Shown piece by piece: positions 37,146-51,180 of a stretch of DNA of 64,000 nucleotides. Each line of letters starts with the position of its first letter. Within the stretch, counting starts at the first letter, position 1. The stretch is from Octopus sinensis (Eukaryota), in contig NC_042998.1 in assembly GCF_006345805.1 (NCBI RefSeq), forward strand, positions 125,860,001 through 125,924,000, given 5' to 3'. The notes below the pieces were generated by a model, which was not told where the DNA came from, did no database searches, and saw only the letters and a list, made by a program, of their open reading frames with translations. Made by a program: the position numbers and the translations under genes.

Positions 37146-37942
37146 TGGAATTTTTATGAGCGCAGTTTTACCATAGCTCTTGGACTGTACCTCATCTACA
37201 TCCAGAAACTGAATGTTCGATTGAGTTCGGGCTAAACTGGCAGAACTGGTAGAAATGTTTCCATTCAAGAAATGAGTGTGTATATGCGCGTGTGTGCATG
37301 CGCTTGCATAGTGTATGTGAAGTGGATGCAGCTGTTATACTTGCTGCTGAGTAAAAATTCCAGACAATTTAAATTATAGCTTTCCGTGGCAGAGAAAAAA
37401 TGTTTGGCTGGAAAGCAAACTTGTTTATATATATTTTATTTTTGTTTATTTTGCGTTCACTCAAATTACTGCTTCTTCATTCTTTCTTTTTTTTTCTGCG
37501 GGCGTTACTCAGTTTATTTGATGTCGTTATGATTCAGATCGACCAAAAGAGACGAACTAAAGTATTCAAATAAAGTTTAAATAGAATTAATTCTTTGTGT
37601 CAAAAGTAATTTCGTAAAATTTCTTTGCCTTGTAAATAGTTATTCTTGAAAAAATATTTATTCAATGTATTGTAAAAATAACAATCCAAATATTTGGAGA
37701 AGGTGCTAACATCCAACGATGTCGAAGTCTAGCAAAAATGAAATAAAACGCTCAAAAGAAAGTCGCCTTTGTTTTCAAAATGGAGTGAGAATATATTTGT
37801 AAAAAAATATCACTGAATTTCCGAGTTTATCAAAAACTCTTGGTGAGACGAAATTAAAAATGTAGCCATCAGCGAGAGACGAAATTAAAATGTAGCCATC
37901 AGCGAGAGACGAAATAACACGTCTGCTGTCGCTGAAAACCAA

Positions 37943-37996
<54 letters not shown>

Positions 37997-38004
37997 CCTT
38001 TCTA

Positions 38005-38395
38005 CTAAAGTCACAATGCCTGCAATTTGTGGGGAGGGAACAAGAAAATACATCGATCCCAGTGTTTCCCTGGTACTTAATTTATCGACTCCGAAAGGAT
38101 GAAAGGCAAAGTCGACCTCGGCGAATTTGAACTCAGATTTTAGTGACGGGCGAAATACTTATTTCTTTAATACCCACAAGGGGCTAAACACAGAGAGGAC
38201 AAACAAGAAAAGACAAACGGATTAAGTCGATTATATCGACCCCAGTGCGTAACTGGTACTTATTTAATCGACCCCGAAAAGGATGAAAGGCAAAGTCGAC
38301 CTCGGCGGAATTTAAACTCAGAACGTAACGGCAGACGAAAAACGGCTACGCATTTCGCTCGGTGTGCTAACGATTCTGCCTACACGCCGCCTTGA
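38005..38395 (-). mobile_element. S1 SINE head-to-tail dimer within (AAT)n
   Basis: Two central domains; junction at ~38151-38170; (AAT)n at ~37945-38004 and ~38395-38522. Confidence 0.85.
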
Positions 38396-38403
38396 TGATG
38401 ATG

Positions 38404-38461
<58 letters not shown>

Positions 38462-38463
38462 TG

Positions 38464-38518
<55 letters not shown>

Positions 38519-38599
38519 TGATTACATTTATTTACCACAAGGAAGAAAGATGAAGAGAACTGTACAGAGACAGACATAAAGTGTTGGGGTTTACATTTT

Positions 38600-39290
38600 A
38601 ATAATGAAATGATAAAAAAAAAAGTAAGTATACACAGGTGTATCCTGAAAAAGAAGAGATATGTGCTTAGGATACAAAGGTAAAAAAAGGCTGGGTGGAT
38701 GATAGAGATGTGGCCCTCCTGATACAGGAAGGCCTCTAGGTATAATCGAGGAACCCCACTGGCCGAGATTTTCCTGAAACCCTAGGAACAAGTGCCCTCT
38801 CTAATTCCTTCTCTCCGACTCACTGATCTACACTTAAAGAGGTACCATCCACTCTTGCCATTTTCGCAACTTTCACTCACTTTTCTATAAACTCACTCGA
38901 GGACAGCACTTCCCTCTTCATTCTCAATTTTCTTTTCAAGTGAAACTTGAACAAGTCAATGAAAGCTCTACCAAAGAAGAATGTATCTGTTCTCATGCCT
39001 TTTACCCTTGTCTACCAAACAACCTCTTTCGCCACAGCCATCAGGCAAAGGAAAACTGCCTTGCCTGCCCGATTGAAGGAGGGCAGCGGTGCGATCATCA
39101 CTACAGACTTGGCCGACAGACAAATCTGTCCCACAAGTGACAGCAACTGTTTAACATAGCCCCTCAAGTCAACAATGCTTGGGCACTGAACGAGGGCGTG
39201 CAGAATAGTTTCCTCATTCTGCACGCACCTCAGAGAAGTCTATTTGACAGTATATCCGTGCCTGTAGAGTTTTTCTCGAACCGGTACTGC
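38600..39290 (-). mobile_element. Tx1/L1-type LINE 3' remnant
   Basis: EETILHALVQCP (zinc-knuckle tail)…FLCLMAVAKEVVW*TR…FKFHLKRKLRMKREVLSS. Confidence 0.7.
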
Positions 39291-41932
39291 CCGGTTAATA
39301 ATAATAATAAATTATTGTTACCAAGTTCCATTTATATATAAAATGAAACATATAGAAAGGTGTGACAAAAATACACGGAAACAAGCGAAATAAACTTATA
39401 TAAGAAAATAGAAAGAAGAAACGTTTCGTTACATAATATATTAAAACGTTAAAATTTTCATTTCTTTTTAAGATACACGAAATAAATAGATGAATATATA
39501 AAAACAATGGTATAATTAAAGGGGATCAGAAACAAATAGGATTACCTACTGACACACAAGCAAGAAACTATCAGCTACGTCGAGTCAGAGTACCCCCATG
39601 ACTGTACCCCCCAATCGTACTTTGCATTGGAATCTGGTGCACTCAAAGATGCCCGTGAGCATTTTCTGCGTTGGACAGAGTGAATAGCATCCCTTGTATC
39701 CTGGCAAATGACTTGCAGGCTATGATAGCTTGATAGAGTGATTTTCTCCAAACCCCTTCATACGAGTATCTATAGAACTCTTCTCATCTCATCTCCAAAT
39801 AGCAACTTCACCTTCTTATTCACTTCCTAGAAATCTTCTATTCGTTCTATCAGAAATACATTGTTGCTTCACACAACCGGTAAAGATGTGCTTTTCTTGG
39901 TTACAAACTCTGCCAAGCGGATTTCTAGTCGGTCAGTTGATTCATGTTAAACATCTTTTTCCATTATGTTCACTTGGTAAACAGTGAGTGCATGTGCTTA
40001 GGAGTTGAGGGACGTTGTTGCTTTTGTTTGCCTTGTATGTTTTGTTGTTTTGTTGTTATTTTGCCTTGTAATTATGAATATTCGAATTACTATTTCTGCT
40101 TTCTCGTAGAGTAACATTTACACACAGTAGTGTGTAAATAATTTTCTTAAGGTCAACATTTACTCACTCGCGACCAATTCTAGCCTTTGTCACTAACTCA
40201 GTTGTTAACAACATTAGATATTTATATTTTTAGATTAGTCACATCCTAGGCTACATTTTCAGCTACAAGATTTGAAAATTGCTTCGGTAGAAAAAAAAGT
40301 TTCTGTAACATATGTGAGGTCAAAAACGGAAGAGTAACGGGAGAGTCCAAATATTTTTTTTAAAGAAATCTATATTTTATTTTAGCTTACATGATAGATC
40401 TCGGCGAGAAGAATCTAACCATGTTATTTATATGCAAAAATATTCAGTTGGAAAAAGTACTAAACAAAAAACGGCGAAACAAAATAAGATTAACGCTTGA
40501 AATCGACTTTGACTACGAATATCCTTCTTTCAAAAGAAAACTGTATTTAGATTCAACTTTTCTGTTAGATCTCGACTACAAGAATCCTATGATACCAATT
40601 ATATCAAAAACAATTTTAAAATAAAAAACCAGTGGGACCAAATGTGCCGAAAAAAATTGGTAACGCCTAACATCAAATTCAAAACCTAAATTTTGTTTTA
40701 CCTCATATGATAGAACTCATCAAGACGAGGTTTTTGCTAAAAATTTGCTAAGCAGTGTTGCATATCAGACACAACCTCAATATGAAAGTTATCGCTGTTA
40801 GCCAAAATAAAATTCGTGTAATTTGACACTAATATTTGGTCTTGGGATCGAGTGGGCTACATTAGATAATTATAAACCTATCAGGAATTTCAAGATAATT
40901 CAGATGCCTTCAGTTTTTGAAATTATTTTATCATAATCGCATGAGAAATTTGGAAAGAATATTGTTTATTAGACATTTTATGACCAAGAGAATTAAAACG
41001 AAATTTATATCTACTAACATCTTCCTTTGCATGTCGATATAGAATTACATTATAATTGAAATAATTTAACACGACTGATATTTTTTAAGTATATCTTTCC
41101 TTCTCTGGTGGTTTTGTATGTCAAAGATTTATTTGTCGTGTATATCTAACTGATTCTTAATTGAACATAACCACAAACATTATGTATAGCTTGACTACGC
41201 TAATTTTTCTTCTGTAGTTAACAAGACGTGAAGATCGTGACCACTATAAATCCAAGACCTTATGAATGCATATTCTTATCACATGTTCGTCATGTTTCTG
41301 TTGTCTTGTGTTAGCTAATTATGAAGAACATATAAACTTAAGACATTTTGACAGATTTATTGTCAATGATAATACATTTCTTCTGGAATGTCACTGATAT
41401 TTGAGCCTAGTTAGGTCCTGGTTTGATTTCAACTGAAAGATGGCAAAACTTTGAACAAATGTCTTTTAAAGAATATTTGTTTCAAAATAAGTGAAAGAGC
41501 AGTTTTTGCGGTGGCAATTTAGATGTTTATTTATAATTTAAGGCGGAGTACTTCATTACTGATAGCTTTGCCAGTGCTATTTCCTTATTATTTTTTCTTT
41601 TCAGATTGTAGTATTATGCTCTCTGCCAAGTATATCATTGTAATTGCCACGAAACATAATTTAATTTTAGATATTCATCTAAAAACGTTATAAACATCTT
41701 AAATTGTTTTTGTTTCTTTGTTTTGTTTTTTGTTTTTTTGTCTTCACGGTTTGTCATTTTAATTGTGCAGTAGTTGAGAGGTGTAACATGCTTCGTTTTA
41801 TGGAGATGCTTTTGCATTAGTAATACATTTTAAGAAGACAATGATATGTTTACCAAGCTGAAGGACTACTATTCTTCTGCTCTTAGTGAATATATATTTC
41901 TAGTTGGGTTTTGACCCTCACTGAATTATATC

Positions 41933-42322
41933 TTTACTCTTTTTTTTACTCGTTTTACTTGTTTCAGTCATTTGACTGTGGCCATGCTGGAGCACCGCCT
42001 TTAGTCGAGCACATCGACCCCAGGACTTATTCTTTGTAAGCCTAGTACTTATTCTATCGGTCTCTTTTGCCGAACCGCTAAGTTACGGGGACGTAAATAC
42101 ACCAGCATCGGTTGTCAAGCGATGTTGGGGGACAAACACAGACACACATACATAAATATGCATACGACGGGCTTCTTTCAGTTTACGTCTACCAAATCCA
42201 CTTACAAGGCTTTGGTTGGCCCGAGGCTGTAGTAGAAGACACTTGCCCAAGGTGCCACGCAGTGGGACTGAAACCGGAACCATGTAGTTCGTAAGCAAAC
42301 TACTTACCACACAGCCACGCCT
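41933..42322 (-). mobile_element. S2 CORE-like SINE
   Basis: Reverse complement of 30632-31053. Confidence 0.88.
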
Positions 42323-43233
42323 ACATTATCTTTACTATTGTGTTTTTTTTCATTTATTTTTTATACTGATGATGTCCCTAGGTAATTTAGTTTTTCCAGA
42401 TAATCCTGTTCCAATGAGTGCTGGCATTATCAAAGTAGTCTCTAAATGGTAAGCACTCAATGACGAAAGTTCTGTTTGCATTAGAAAATTTATATTGTCG
42501 AGAAAAGAAGAGATATTTATGTATTACGAATAAAATGTTTACCTTTCACTTTATTGTAACATATAAGCCATCTTTCCAACTTCATCTTTATTTAAGATGG
42601 ATACTGATGAGTGTTACTCAACCATTCATATAATTAAAATGGTGTTTCTTTATATCTTCGTCTTCCTTTTTTTGTCACCAACCCATGAATAGGGAGGGAT
42701 CAATAATGTAATGAAAAGTGAACACCAATTAATTTGTTTAATGTGATATGTTCCTGTACTTCACCATTTTCACCCACATTCTTGTATCAAAGAAATTCGT
42801 AAACTAAATCAAATCTCAAGAACGTTTATATGGAGTACTTTCTTTCTCTCTTTTTCTCTCTCTCTCTCTCTTTCTTTCTCTCCCCCTCTCTCTCTCTCAC
42901 ACACATACACAACACGCTCATCCTGACTGCATAACCCTGTGTCTCTCTCTCTCCCTCTCTCTCGCGAACGCTCGCATGTGACATACATAAATTCACACTC
43001 AGATACGCATAAACACAAAAATATGTAAAAAGCAGATTAATGGGATCATAAATAAACAAAGTATCTTCCAACAGAACAGTATGTCACGTACAACTAAACC
43101 TGATTTTCTAAAGAATTTTTCGTACATGCAGTTTCTGTAGAATCTGACTGACCGGTGCTGGTCACCTTCTTGTAGTGTTGCAAATAATCTCTTCATGCAT
43201 CTTGCAATACAAACAATCATCACTAACCAATAT

Positions 43234-43274
<41 letters not shown>

Positions 43275-43497
43275 ACAACCTGCCTTATATAAATATAGAT
43301 ACATATGCACGAAAATATGTATATATTTGCATAACTTTCTTTTCTTTATTTCTTTAGTATGATTTATTTACTACTGCTAAAGATATGTTGAAATACTGCC
43401 TGCAGATTTGAATGTCCTATCTCCTGCACGTTGTCTCTGCGTATGTTCAAGGGTACAATATTTAGTTTTTTTCTTTTTTCTCTTCAGTATATATATA

Positions 43498-43725
43498 TTT
43501 CTTTACTACCCACAAGGAGCTAAACACAGAGGGGACAAACAATGACAGACAAAGGGATTAAGTCGATTACATCGACCCCAGTGCGTAACTGGTACTTAAT
43601 TTATCGACCCCGAAAGGATGAAAGGCAAAGTCGACCTCGGCGTAATTTGAACTCGGAACGTAACGACAGACGAAATACTGCTACGCATTTCGCCCGGCGT
43701 GCTAACGTTTCTGCCAGCTCGCCGG
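43498..43725 (-). mobile_element. S1 SINE monomer
   Basis: Head, central domain and tail all present. Confidence 0.88.
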
Positions 43726-44179
43726 TTCAGTATATATAACATATCCTGTTGATGGAGTAATGAAGTGAATTGACTGAGAGTGCTCTACTTTGGTTGCAAT
43801 GAACCTGGTGCAAGGAAATTAATCACTGCATATAATTAAAATGTGTTACTGGACGCTATAAGTAAAGTTAGCACCTTTCGTCGACTACAAATAAGCATGT
43901 TACTTAAAAGTAAAAAGGGAGCGAGAGAACAACTCATTGAGACAAGAGAAACGGTGTCACTTAGACGGCTTAGCAGCTCTCTGGCTAGGTTCACCACTTT
44001 TTTATAGCTGTTAACCATGCTTCTTGAATTTTCGACCAACTTGTTTGGCAAGAAAACTGACTTACTTCGTTTGAAGTTTTGCTGCCTCATCTTAAGTTAG
44101 CCAGTGCTGACTAGTTGAGCCATATTTGCGTAGACGTTCATACCTTTTAGAACGATACTTTTCCTTTTACAGAAATATA

Positions 44180-44450
44180 TTTGCTCGTAGCACTAGACTG
44201 GGAAGATCTGAGAGTTATGGCTTAAATTTCAACCAGAGTCTCGCAACAATGTATACTCATCTATCAATCTCCCATAGTGCCTCTCTTGAAGACAAACGTC
44301 AGAGGCGAAAAAAACAATGCAGCTGCATCATCAGACCCTGTCATCACTGCAAACGGATATGTCAAACCTATATCGGCCTTATCAGACACGAACGAGTGTG
44401 CAGAGGACATGGACAGCAACCTTTCTTATCTTCCTCAGCGAAGCCAAGCC
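44180..44450 (+). mobile_element. RTE-clade LINE extreme 3' end
   Basis: SLEDKRQRRK…CHHCKRICQTYIGLIRHERVC, ending cgaagccaagcc. Confidence 0.75.
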
Positions 44451-44680
44451 AAGAAAAAAATATAGTTCAAATATACAGAAAAACAAAAAATGAAGACAGG
44501 TGTAGGAACAACAAGCAGGTATATTAGTTTGACGCTCGGGAAAACTGGAAAAGCATTTTACGTTTCGTGCCTACGCTCTTCGACAGAAAGGAAGAGGGAA
44601 AAAATCGAGAGAGAATTTTAAAAAAACTGAGAGAGAAAAAAACAGTGTAGAGTTTTCGGCCAGTTGCTGACCATATGTAT
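44450..44680 (-). mobile_element. Penelope-like pLTR fragment (same subfamily as 29345-29515)
   Basis: Shared gaagacaggtg…attagttt…cgctcggga…acgtttcg…cctacgctcttc. Confidence 0.55.
44555..44590 (-). ncRNA. Minimal hammerhead motif (C3-G8, A6U, one stem II mismatch)
   Basis: CTTT-CTGTCGA-A-GAGC(GTAG)GCAC-GAAA-CG-TA-AAAT. Confidence 0.5.
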
Positions 44681-44762
44681 GTATGCCATAAAAATGTTAC
44701 ATAATATACATTTTTGGTCACATCTTGGAAGTGTAAGGATTTCACTGCCGCTTTTGTTCATT

Positions 44763-44795
<33 letters not shown>

Positions 44796-45197
44796 GCACG
44801 TATATATGTATGCATGCATGTATGTATGTATGTATGTATGTATGTATGTATGTATGTATGTATGTATTATATGCACGCATATAATTGATGTCAATGCCTC
44901 TGATCAAAACCTAATAAGATTTTAAAATTAAGGCTGTTCATCGTTTTTCACTGGTGGTCACAGCCTTAGGACTGAGGCATGCAAAAGAATAAAGGACTGC
45001 ATACACATATATGTATATATGTGCCTACGCATGTGTGTAAGTGTGTGTGTTCGCAGAATTCAAACTGTTCCATAACAAAATGACAAAGCTTGTTTATTTG
45101 AGTCGAGACATTGTGAATATGCAGATGAGTTATTGTCTGCATAAATATAGGTACATGTGAGAATGGTCTTGAACTGTTGTATGCGTCTTTAGTGCAC

Positions 45198-45285
<88 letters not shown>

Positions 45286-48200
45286 TATATTTTATAGATT
45301 AGTGTATACCACAATCACTAATGTGATTGTGTGTATATGATCATTAAATGCTATCAAATAAAGATTCTTTGAAATGCTTTACAAATCTTCACTGTGCTTC
45401 TAATCAATTGAATTTGAATGATGGAAATCAATTTAAAACGATAGGGTGATATTTGAGGGACAGTTGGCTGTCATTTCCACTCGGTAGAGACACCCTTATG
45501 TTTCTATTTAGCGAAAGCTTTGACGCGAATAATTTATCGGTATTCCTTGTGTTGGTATGAATGCTCAACATCTGAAATATCTTTTATATTTGTCCCAGAG
45601 CAATTCTGTATACGGAGCGCATTGTATATTTTATCAACAGCGTTATGTCGCGTTGCCTGGTCGTACTTTGGTATTTTGAAGAATCTGTTGATCATACTAA
45701 TCTTGCGCATATATGTACAATAATTGTCATTTTCTATCGTATTTCGAAGATTTAAAGATTCTAATGTCCCTTTTCTTTCAACGGGCATTTAGTAGTTATT
45801 ACTAGATCGTCCAGCAGTATTGAGGTCGCACCAGAAACTGTCAGTTTCTCGAGAAGTTCACTTTCGACTCGTATGATGTTGATCTTCTTACTTTGAGAAA
45901 CTTTGCTAAGATATTTGTGATTATTGTTGTCATTTAGTAGTAGCTGTCTTAATGATGCTATACCAAAGTTTATCTAAAGTTATCAAGACTGATCATATGT
46001 GCCATTATATTTTTTCCTGAAATTCCGCCGAGGTCGACTTTGCTTTTCATCCTTTCAATCCAATCGACTGGCCCCTCTCCCAAAATTTCATGCCTTGTAC
46101 CTAAAGTAGAAAGAATCATTTTTTTTTCTTGAAATACAGTCTATTGATAACAATATTTCTGTAGACGTTTCCATTTCATGTTAGGATCTTATTGGTATTC
46201 CTATCGATCTCTTATACTCTACTCTAGTATCCTACTTGTTGGTACCAGTACTGAAAAGGCATTGAAGAATATTTCATTTATGTATATATATATCAATATG
46301 ATATTTGTATGTATGTAAATACTTAGTTACATATATATGAGTGTATGTACGCACATATGTATGTATGTACGTATGTATGTAAGCATGTATGTATGTATGT
46401 ATGTATGTATGTATGTATGTATGTATGTATGTATGTATGTATGCATGTATTATGTACGTATGTAAGCATGTATGTATGTATGTATTATGTAAGCATGTTT
46501 GTATATACACATATATGAACATGTGTGTGTATGCGTGTTTGTTCGTGAGTGCGTGTGTGTGTGTGTATGTGTGTGTGTGTGCGCGCGTGTGCGTGCGTGC
46601 CTGTGCGCGCCTGCATGTGATTCAGAGTGTTTATGTAAATATATTAGTAAATTCATATTATGGCTTCGCATCGCTCGCATCGCTATCCATATGGTATTAA
46701 TCGAGTGAATATCAGTGATTCTGAAAGGACGAGAAGTGAAGGTAGAAGTGATAGTTTAATGTGACGCGATGTAATATATGATGTCATCAGCATGGAGAAA
46801 AATATGGCTGTGACCGCAGGTGGTCATTAACCCATTTTTTATATTTAATATGGATAGAGGGTGGAGTAATATAAGATATTTTCAGTCAAACACAGATTGC
46901 GTTGCTTTTTTCTTTGATGCTTGGAGGAAACTTCTCTATTCAAAATATGAGATTTTGAAGTCTTCTTTTTGTTATTTATTTATTCATTTATTTATTTAAT
47001 TACTTATTTATCACAGTGTACCTTAGCTATTTTCACTGGAGTGATGTTCGAATGATCTCGTATGCTTGTGTAACTGCTCCTAAAATGTATTCTCATTAAG
47101 GTTTTTATATAAACTAGCTAAGATTTTTGTCAAGTATTTCTACCAAACTTAATTGGAAAAGTTATAGATGGGCATGGTCGGAGAGTTCTTTACAAAATTA
47201 TAAGTGTGTGTCGGCCGACAAGGAAGGAGCTGAAGTGGTGTGGTGTGCTAATCTCTACATGGAAAAAAACGTTCCAATATCTTGTAACCATACATACTGT
47301 CACTCCTACCCTCCATTCCTACACCTTCCTACTAATAGCGTGTACCCTCCACTAACCAAGAACTCATCTCTCCCTGTGCCTCCCCCTATCGTCACCAACC
47401 TTATTGTCCAAACACTCCTACCTCTTCCATCTATTTCCTTTCCAAGATTCTTAAACCCTTGGCACCCTTTGCTGTCATTTACTAAGTGTCACTGCCACAT
47501 AGAACTGCTGGAAGGAATATTGCGTTTGACGTATAACTGAATCTTCATTAAATTGCTGATGCGTGCGTGCGTGCGTACATGCGTGCGTGCGTGCATGCGT
47601 GCGTGTGTACATGCGTACGTGCATGTTCGTATCTGAGTTCATGTTTATAAGTATAGACCAATGTTCTGTCCCTTTATGTGAAAGCATAACTTAAGAATTT
47701 AATATATAGAAATTAATAAGTATCTGAGTGAAATAAGTACTGGAGTAGAGGCCGACTAAAATTTTGCTGATCAAAACCAGTAAAAGAGTAAAATTAAAGT
47801 ATATGATCACTGAATTGGTTAAACGAAGGCTTGGTGAGTTTTAAATGGGCGTTATTGTGAGAAGCGAATCCAAAATTCCAGAAAGGTAGAGAAGATTCTT
47901 ATTTTCTGTTATGAAATTTAATGATTTGTCACATTGTTGAGAGAACTTAGTGGATTACATCGAGCCCAGCAACTGACTTTTATTTTATCGATGAAAGGTC
48001 AAACTGACCTCGGCAAGATTTGAACTCAGAACAAAGAACCACCGCTTAATATATAAAGGCTTCAGATTTAGGTACAAGCCAGCCATTTTGGGCAGAAGGG
48101 CTTAGACATTTCAATCGAGCCCAGTATTTGACGAATACTTTATTTTATCGACCCCAAAAGGATGAAAGGTGAACGTGGCCTCTGTGGAACGTGTCCACAG

Positions 48201-48287
48201 CTTTGCCTTTCCATGATCATGGACGGATAGAAAATTATGCTAATTATAGTATATACTATTTAGAATATATCCTCAAACATGAACGGG

Positions 48288-49910
48288 GAGTGGAATTTTT
48301 TTCCTTCGAGAGTTCCACACCTCAGTAATGAACTCATTTGCATACAGCCAATCACAGCAGAGTCACCTTTATCTTTTCTTCCTTTCTAGTCAGCACCGTG
48401 CATTCCTTACTCTTTCCCTGTCTACTGGCAGACGGCAACTTCTCCATCCTTTAATTACGTGTCAGGCAAACGAATAAATATATGTAAATAATATTTCTTC
48501 CTTCTTGGTGTTAATCCTTCGGTGTTCACTGGTTACTCCGGCGTTGGCACCATAATACACTTGCACAAACTGAATTGCTGGAGTTATTTCATTTTTTCCA
48601 GAAAAATGTTTTTAAAAAGTTAAAGTTTTGCATACAGTCAATCACAGCAGAGTCACCTTTATCTTTTCTTCCTTTCTAGTCAGCATCGTGCATTCCTTAC
48701 TCTTTCCCTGTCTACTGGCAGACGGCAACTTCTCCGTCCTCTAATTACGTGTCAGGCAAACGAATAAATATATGTAAATAACATTTCTTCCTTCTTGATG
48801 TTAATCCTTCGGTGTTCACTGGTTACTCCGGCGTTGGCACCATAATACACTTGCATAAACTGAAATGCTGGAGTTATTTCATTTTTTCCAGAAAAATGTT
48901 TTTAAAAAGTTAAAGTTTGATCATTTTCACCCAATCAGGAAATAGGATTTGGAAGCTGTCATTTTGTGCTTGACTGCACATTTTGTCAACATCTTGAAAA
49001 TGCTTACATTTCTTATATTTTCCGTGAATTTTTCACAGGTCTAACTAGTTATAATAAATATATCTATAATTTACAACTAATAATATAATAGTACTCAACG
49101 AAATGTTTTAGTACTCATACATTTTCGTGACTATTTTGGGGGGATCTTTTGTGTTTGGTTGCCAGCGTCAATTTTCTGTTCGAATTGATTTCATATTCAG
49201 TGTAATGATACACTTTTATAGACTAATTAATGAAGTGTGAAAGCAATTTTCGCTATAAATCAATAAATAAAAAGTTATTAGTAATTTAAGTTTGAAAATT
49301 TTGGTAATTTTAGTCAATCGTAATTCATAGACGCATTCATGCTTTTCTCTTTTAAATTAACATAAACATTTATTTACACGAAAGAAAATTACCGGCGAAC
49401 ATGCATGCTAAAAATAACAGCTAAATCTAGATTTATTTATATGAAAGAAAATTACCGGAGACATAACATGTGTTGTTTACAAATAGTGACAACATGTGCT
49501 ATTTTGTCACGTACAAAATGACAGCTTCCAAATCCTGTTTTCTGACTGGGTGAAAATGATCAAACTTTAAACCTCTATAACTTTTTAAAAGCATTTTTCT
49601 TGAAAAAAAATTAAATAACTCCAGCAATTCAGTTTGGGCAAGTCTATTATTGTGCCAACGTCGGAGTAACCAGTGAACATCGAAGTATCAACACCAGGAA
49701 GAAGAAATATCATTCACATATATGTATTCATTTGCCCGACAGGTAGTTAGAGGACGGAAAAGTTGCTGTCTGCCAGTAAAGAGGGAAGGAGTAAGGAATG
49801 CACGGTGCTGACTAGAAAGGAAGAAAAGATAAAAGTGGCTCTGCTGTGATTGGCTGTATGCAAATGAGTTCATTACTGAGATCCGGAACTCTCGTAGGAA
49901 AAAAATTCTC
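48288..49910. mobile_element. Long-TIR (MULE-like) non-autonomous DNA transposon
   Basis: GAG…CTC termini, 7-bp direct repeat gaacggg at 48281-48287 and 49911-49917, and ~400-bp TIRs; the left TIR has a ~290-bp tandem duplication (48337-48917). Superfamily call is tentative. Confidence 0.65.
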
Positions 49911-49989
49911 GAACGGGCACATAAAACCATAAACTGTGATTAAGTGATATAAGTACATAACAAATACAGTATGAGATTATAAATTGGCT

Positions 49990-50350
49990 ATAATATTCTG
50001 GAATAGATATGGCATGCTGACAAGAAAATTGAAGAGAACCACCCAGTTATCATAATCGTAGACTGAAATAATATTCTTTGCAGGTTGATAGACATCACGA
50101 TCCCTTCCAACCAATTTCTCACCCGGAAGTCCAAAAGCTATCAATGTATAAACATTGAAACGAAAATAAGCAGGATGTCGAGTATGAGAAAATAAACAGT
50201 GCTAGCAATAATTAGCTCTCCGGGTAAAATATGAACACTATACAGTCTAAAATAAATCCCTACCACGTACAGCATACATTCAACTCAAGACCACTAAAGT
50301 TAAGTAAAGCTACTTACACAACACATACTCTGTATATTCGCTCCCAACAC
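49990..50350 (+). mobile_element. Highly degenerate R4/Dong-like RLE 3' remnant
   Basis: HADKKIEENHPVIIIVD*NNILCRLIDITIPS matches the RLE PD..D region. Confidence 0.55.
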
Positions 50351-50436
50351 TAGGTAAGAACATTTTCTAGAAATTCTCTCTACCGTCATGTTGTCCAATT
50401 ACTGAGTGCTTCGCTGCGACCGAAAGTGTCTGCCCA

Positions 50437-51010
50437 CTCTCTCTCTCTCTCTATCCGCTCAGTCGAAGTCGACTTTCGGTCACTCGTTGGATCAGTGTCC
50501 TCCAGTCATTTCTGTTCTGGGCCGCTTCCTTCAGACTGGCCATGTCCATTCCGGCACCACTCCTGATGGTATCAAGCCAGCGGGTTCTTGGTCGGCCTCT
50601 TCCTCTCTTACCACTGACCATTCCGAGCATGATGTCCTTCTCCAGGTATTCTCTCCGCATAATATGACCGAAATATGCCAATCTACGCTTGGTGATCCCA
50701 GCTTCTAGCGACATTTTCGGTCTTATCTGTTTAAGATCTTCTCCATTGGTGAGCCTCGCTGTCCATGGAATCTGCAAAAGTCTTCTCCAACACCAAAGCT
50801 CGAAGGCATTAATTCTCTTCTGGTCACAGTCCTTTTAAATTTTGTCTTCCATTCCGGTACTTTTGCCGTGACCACCAAAGAAAAATTACCTTCCTTTCCT
50901 GGCTTCTGAAAGGTAATCCTCACGATAAACTCTACTGATAGCCTGGATTCGTCCTAGAAGCATTAACAGCGTTCGACATAATTCCACAAGTCAATGATAC
51001 TTGGACACTG
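50437..51010 (-). mobile_element. RTE (BovB-like) LINE 3' fragment
   Basis: IPWTARLTN…LAYFGHIMRR…LEKDIMLGMVSGKRGRGRPRTRWLD…VTESRLRLSG*; (GA)n tail. Confidence 0.9.
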
Positions 51011-51122
51011 AATGAGTGCATGAGCAATGACACCATCACTTTCCGAATAGTTCTCATTTTCTATTCAGCTTTCCAGCTAACTGTACTACTAACTGCAATG
51101 TGTGTGTGTGTGTGTGTGTGTG

Positions 51123-51180
<58 letters not shown>

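Noticed and set aside
35905-38522. S1 SINEs mobilised by the Dong elements because both sit in AAT/ATT repeats
   Set aside because: Polarity is opposite: sense-strand SINE tails read (ATT)n while Dong tails read (TAA/AAT)n, and I saw no shared 3' sequence.
38364-38522. Regularly spaced repeats as a CRISPR-like array (also the hAT subterminal repeats at 20433-20510)
   Set aside because: Eukaryotic context, simple-repeat or transposon-end composition, no unique spacers and no cas genes.
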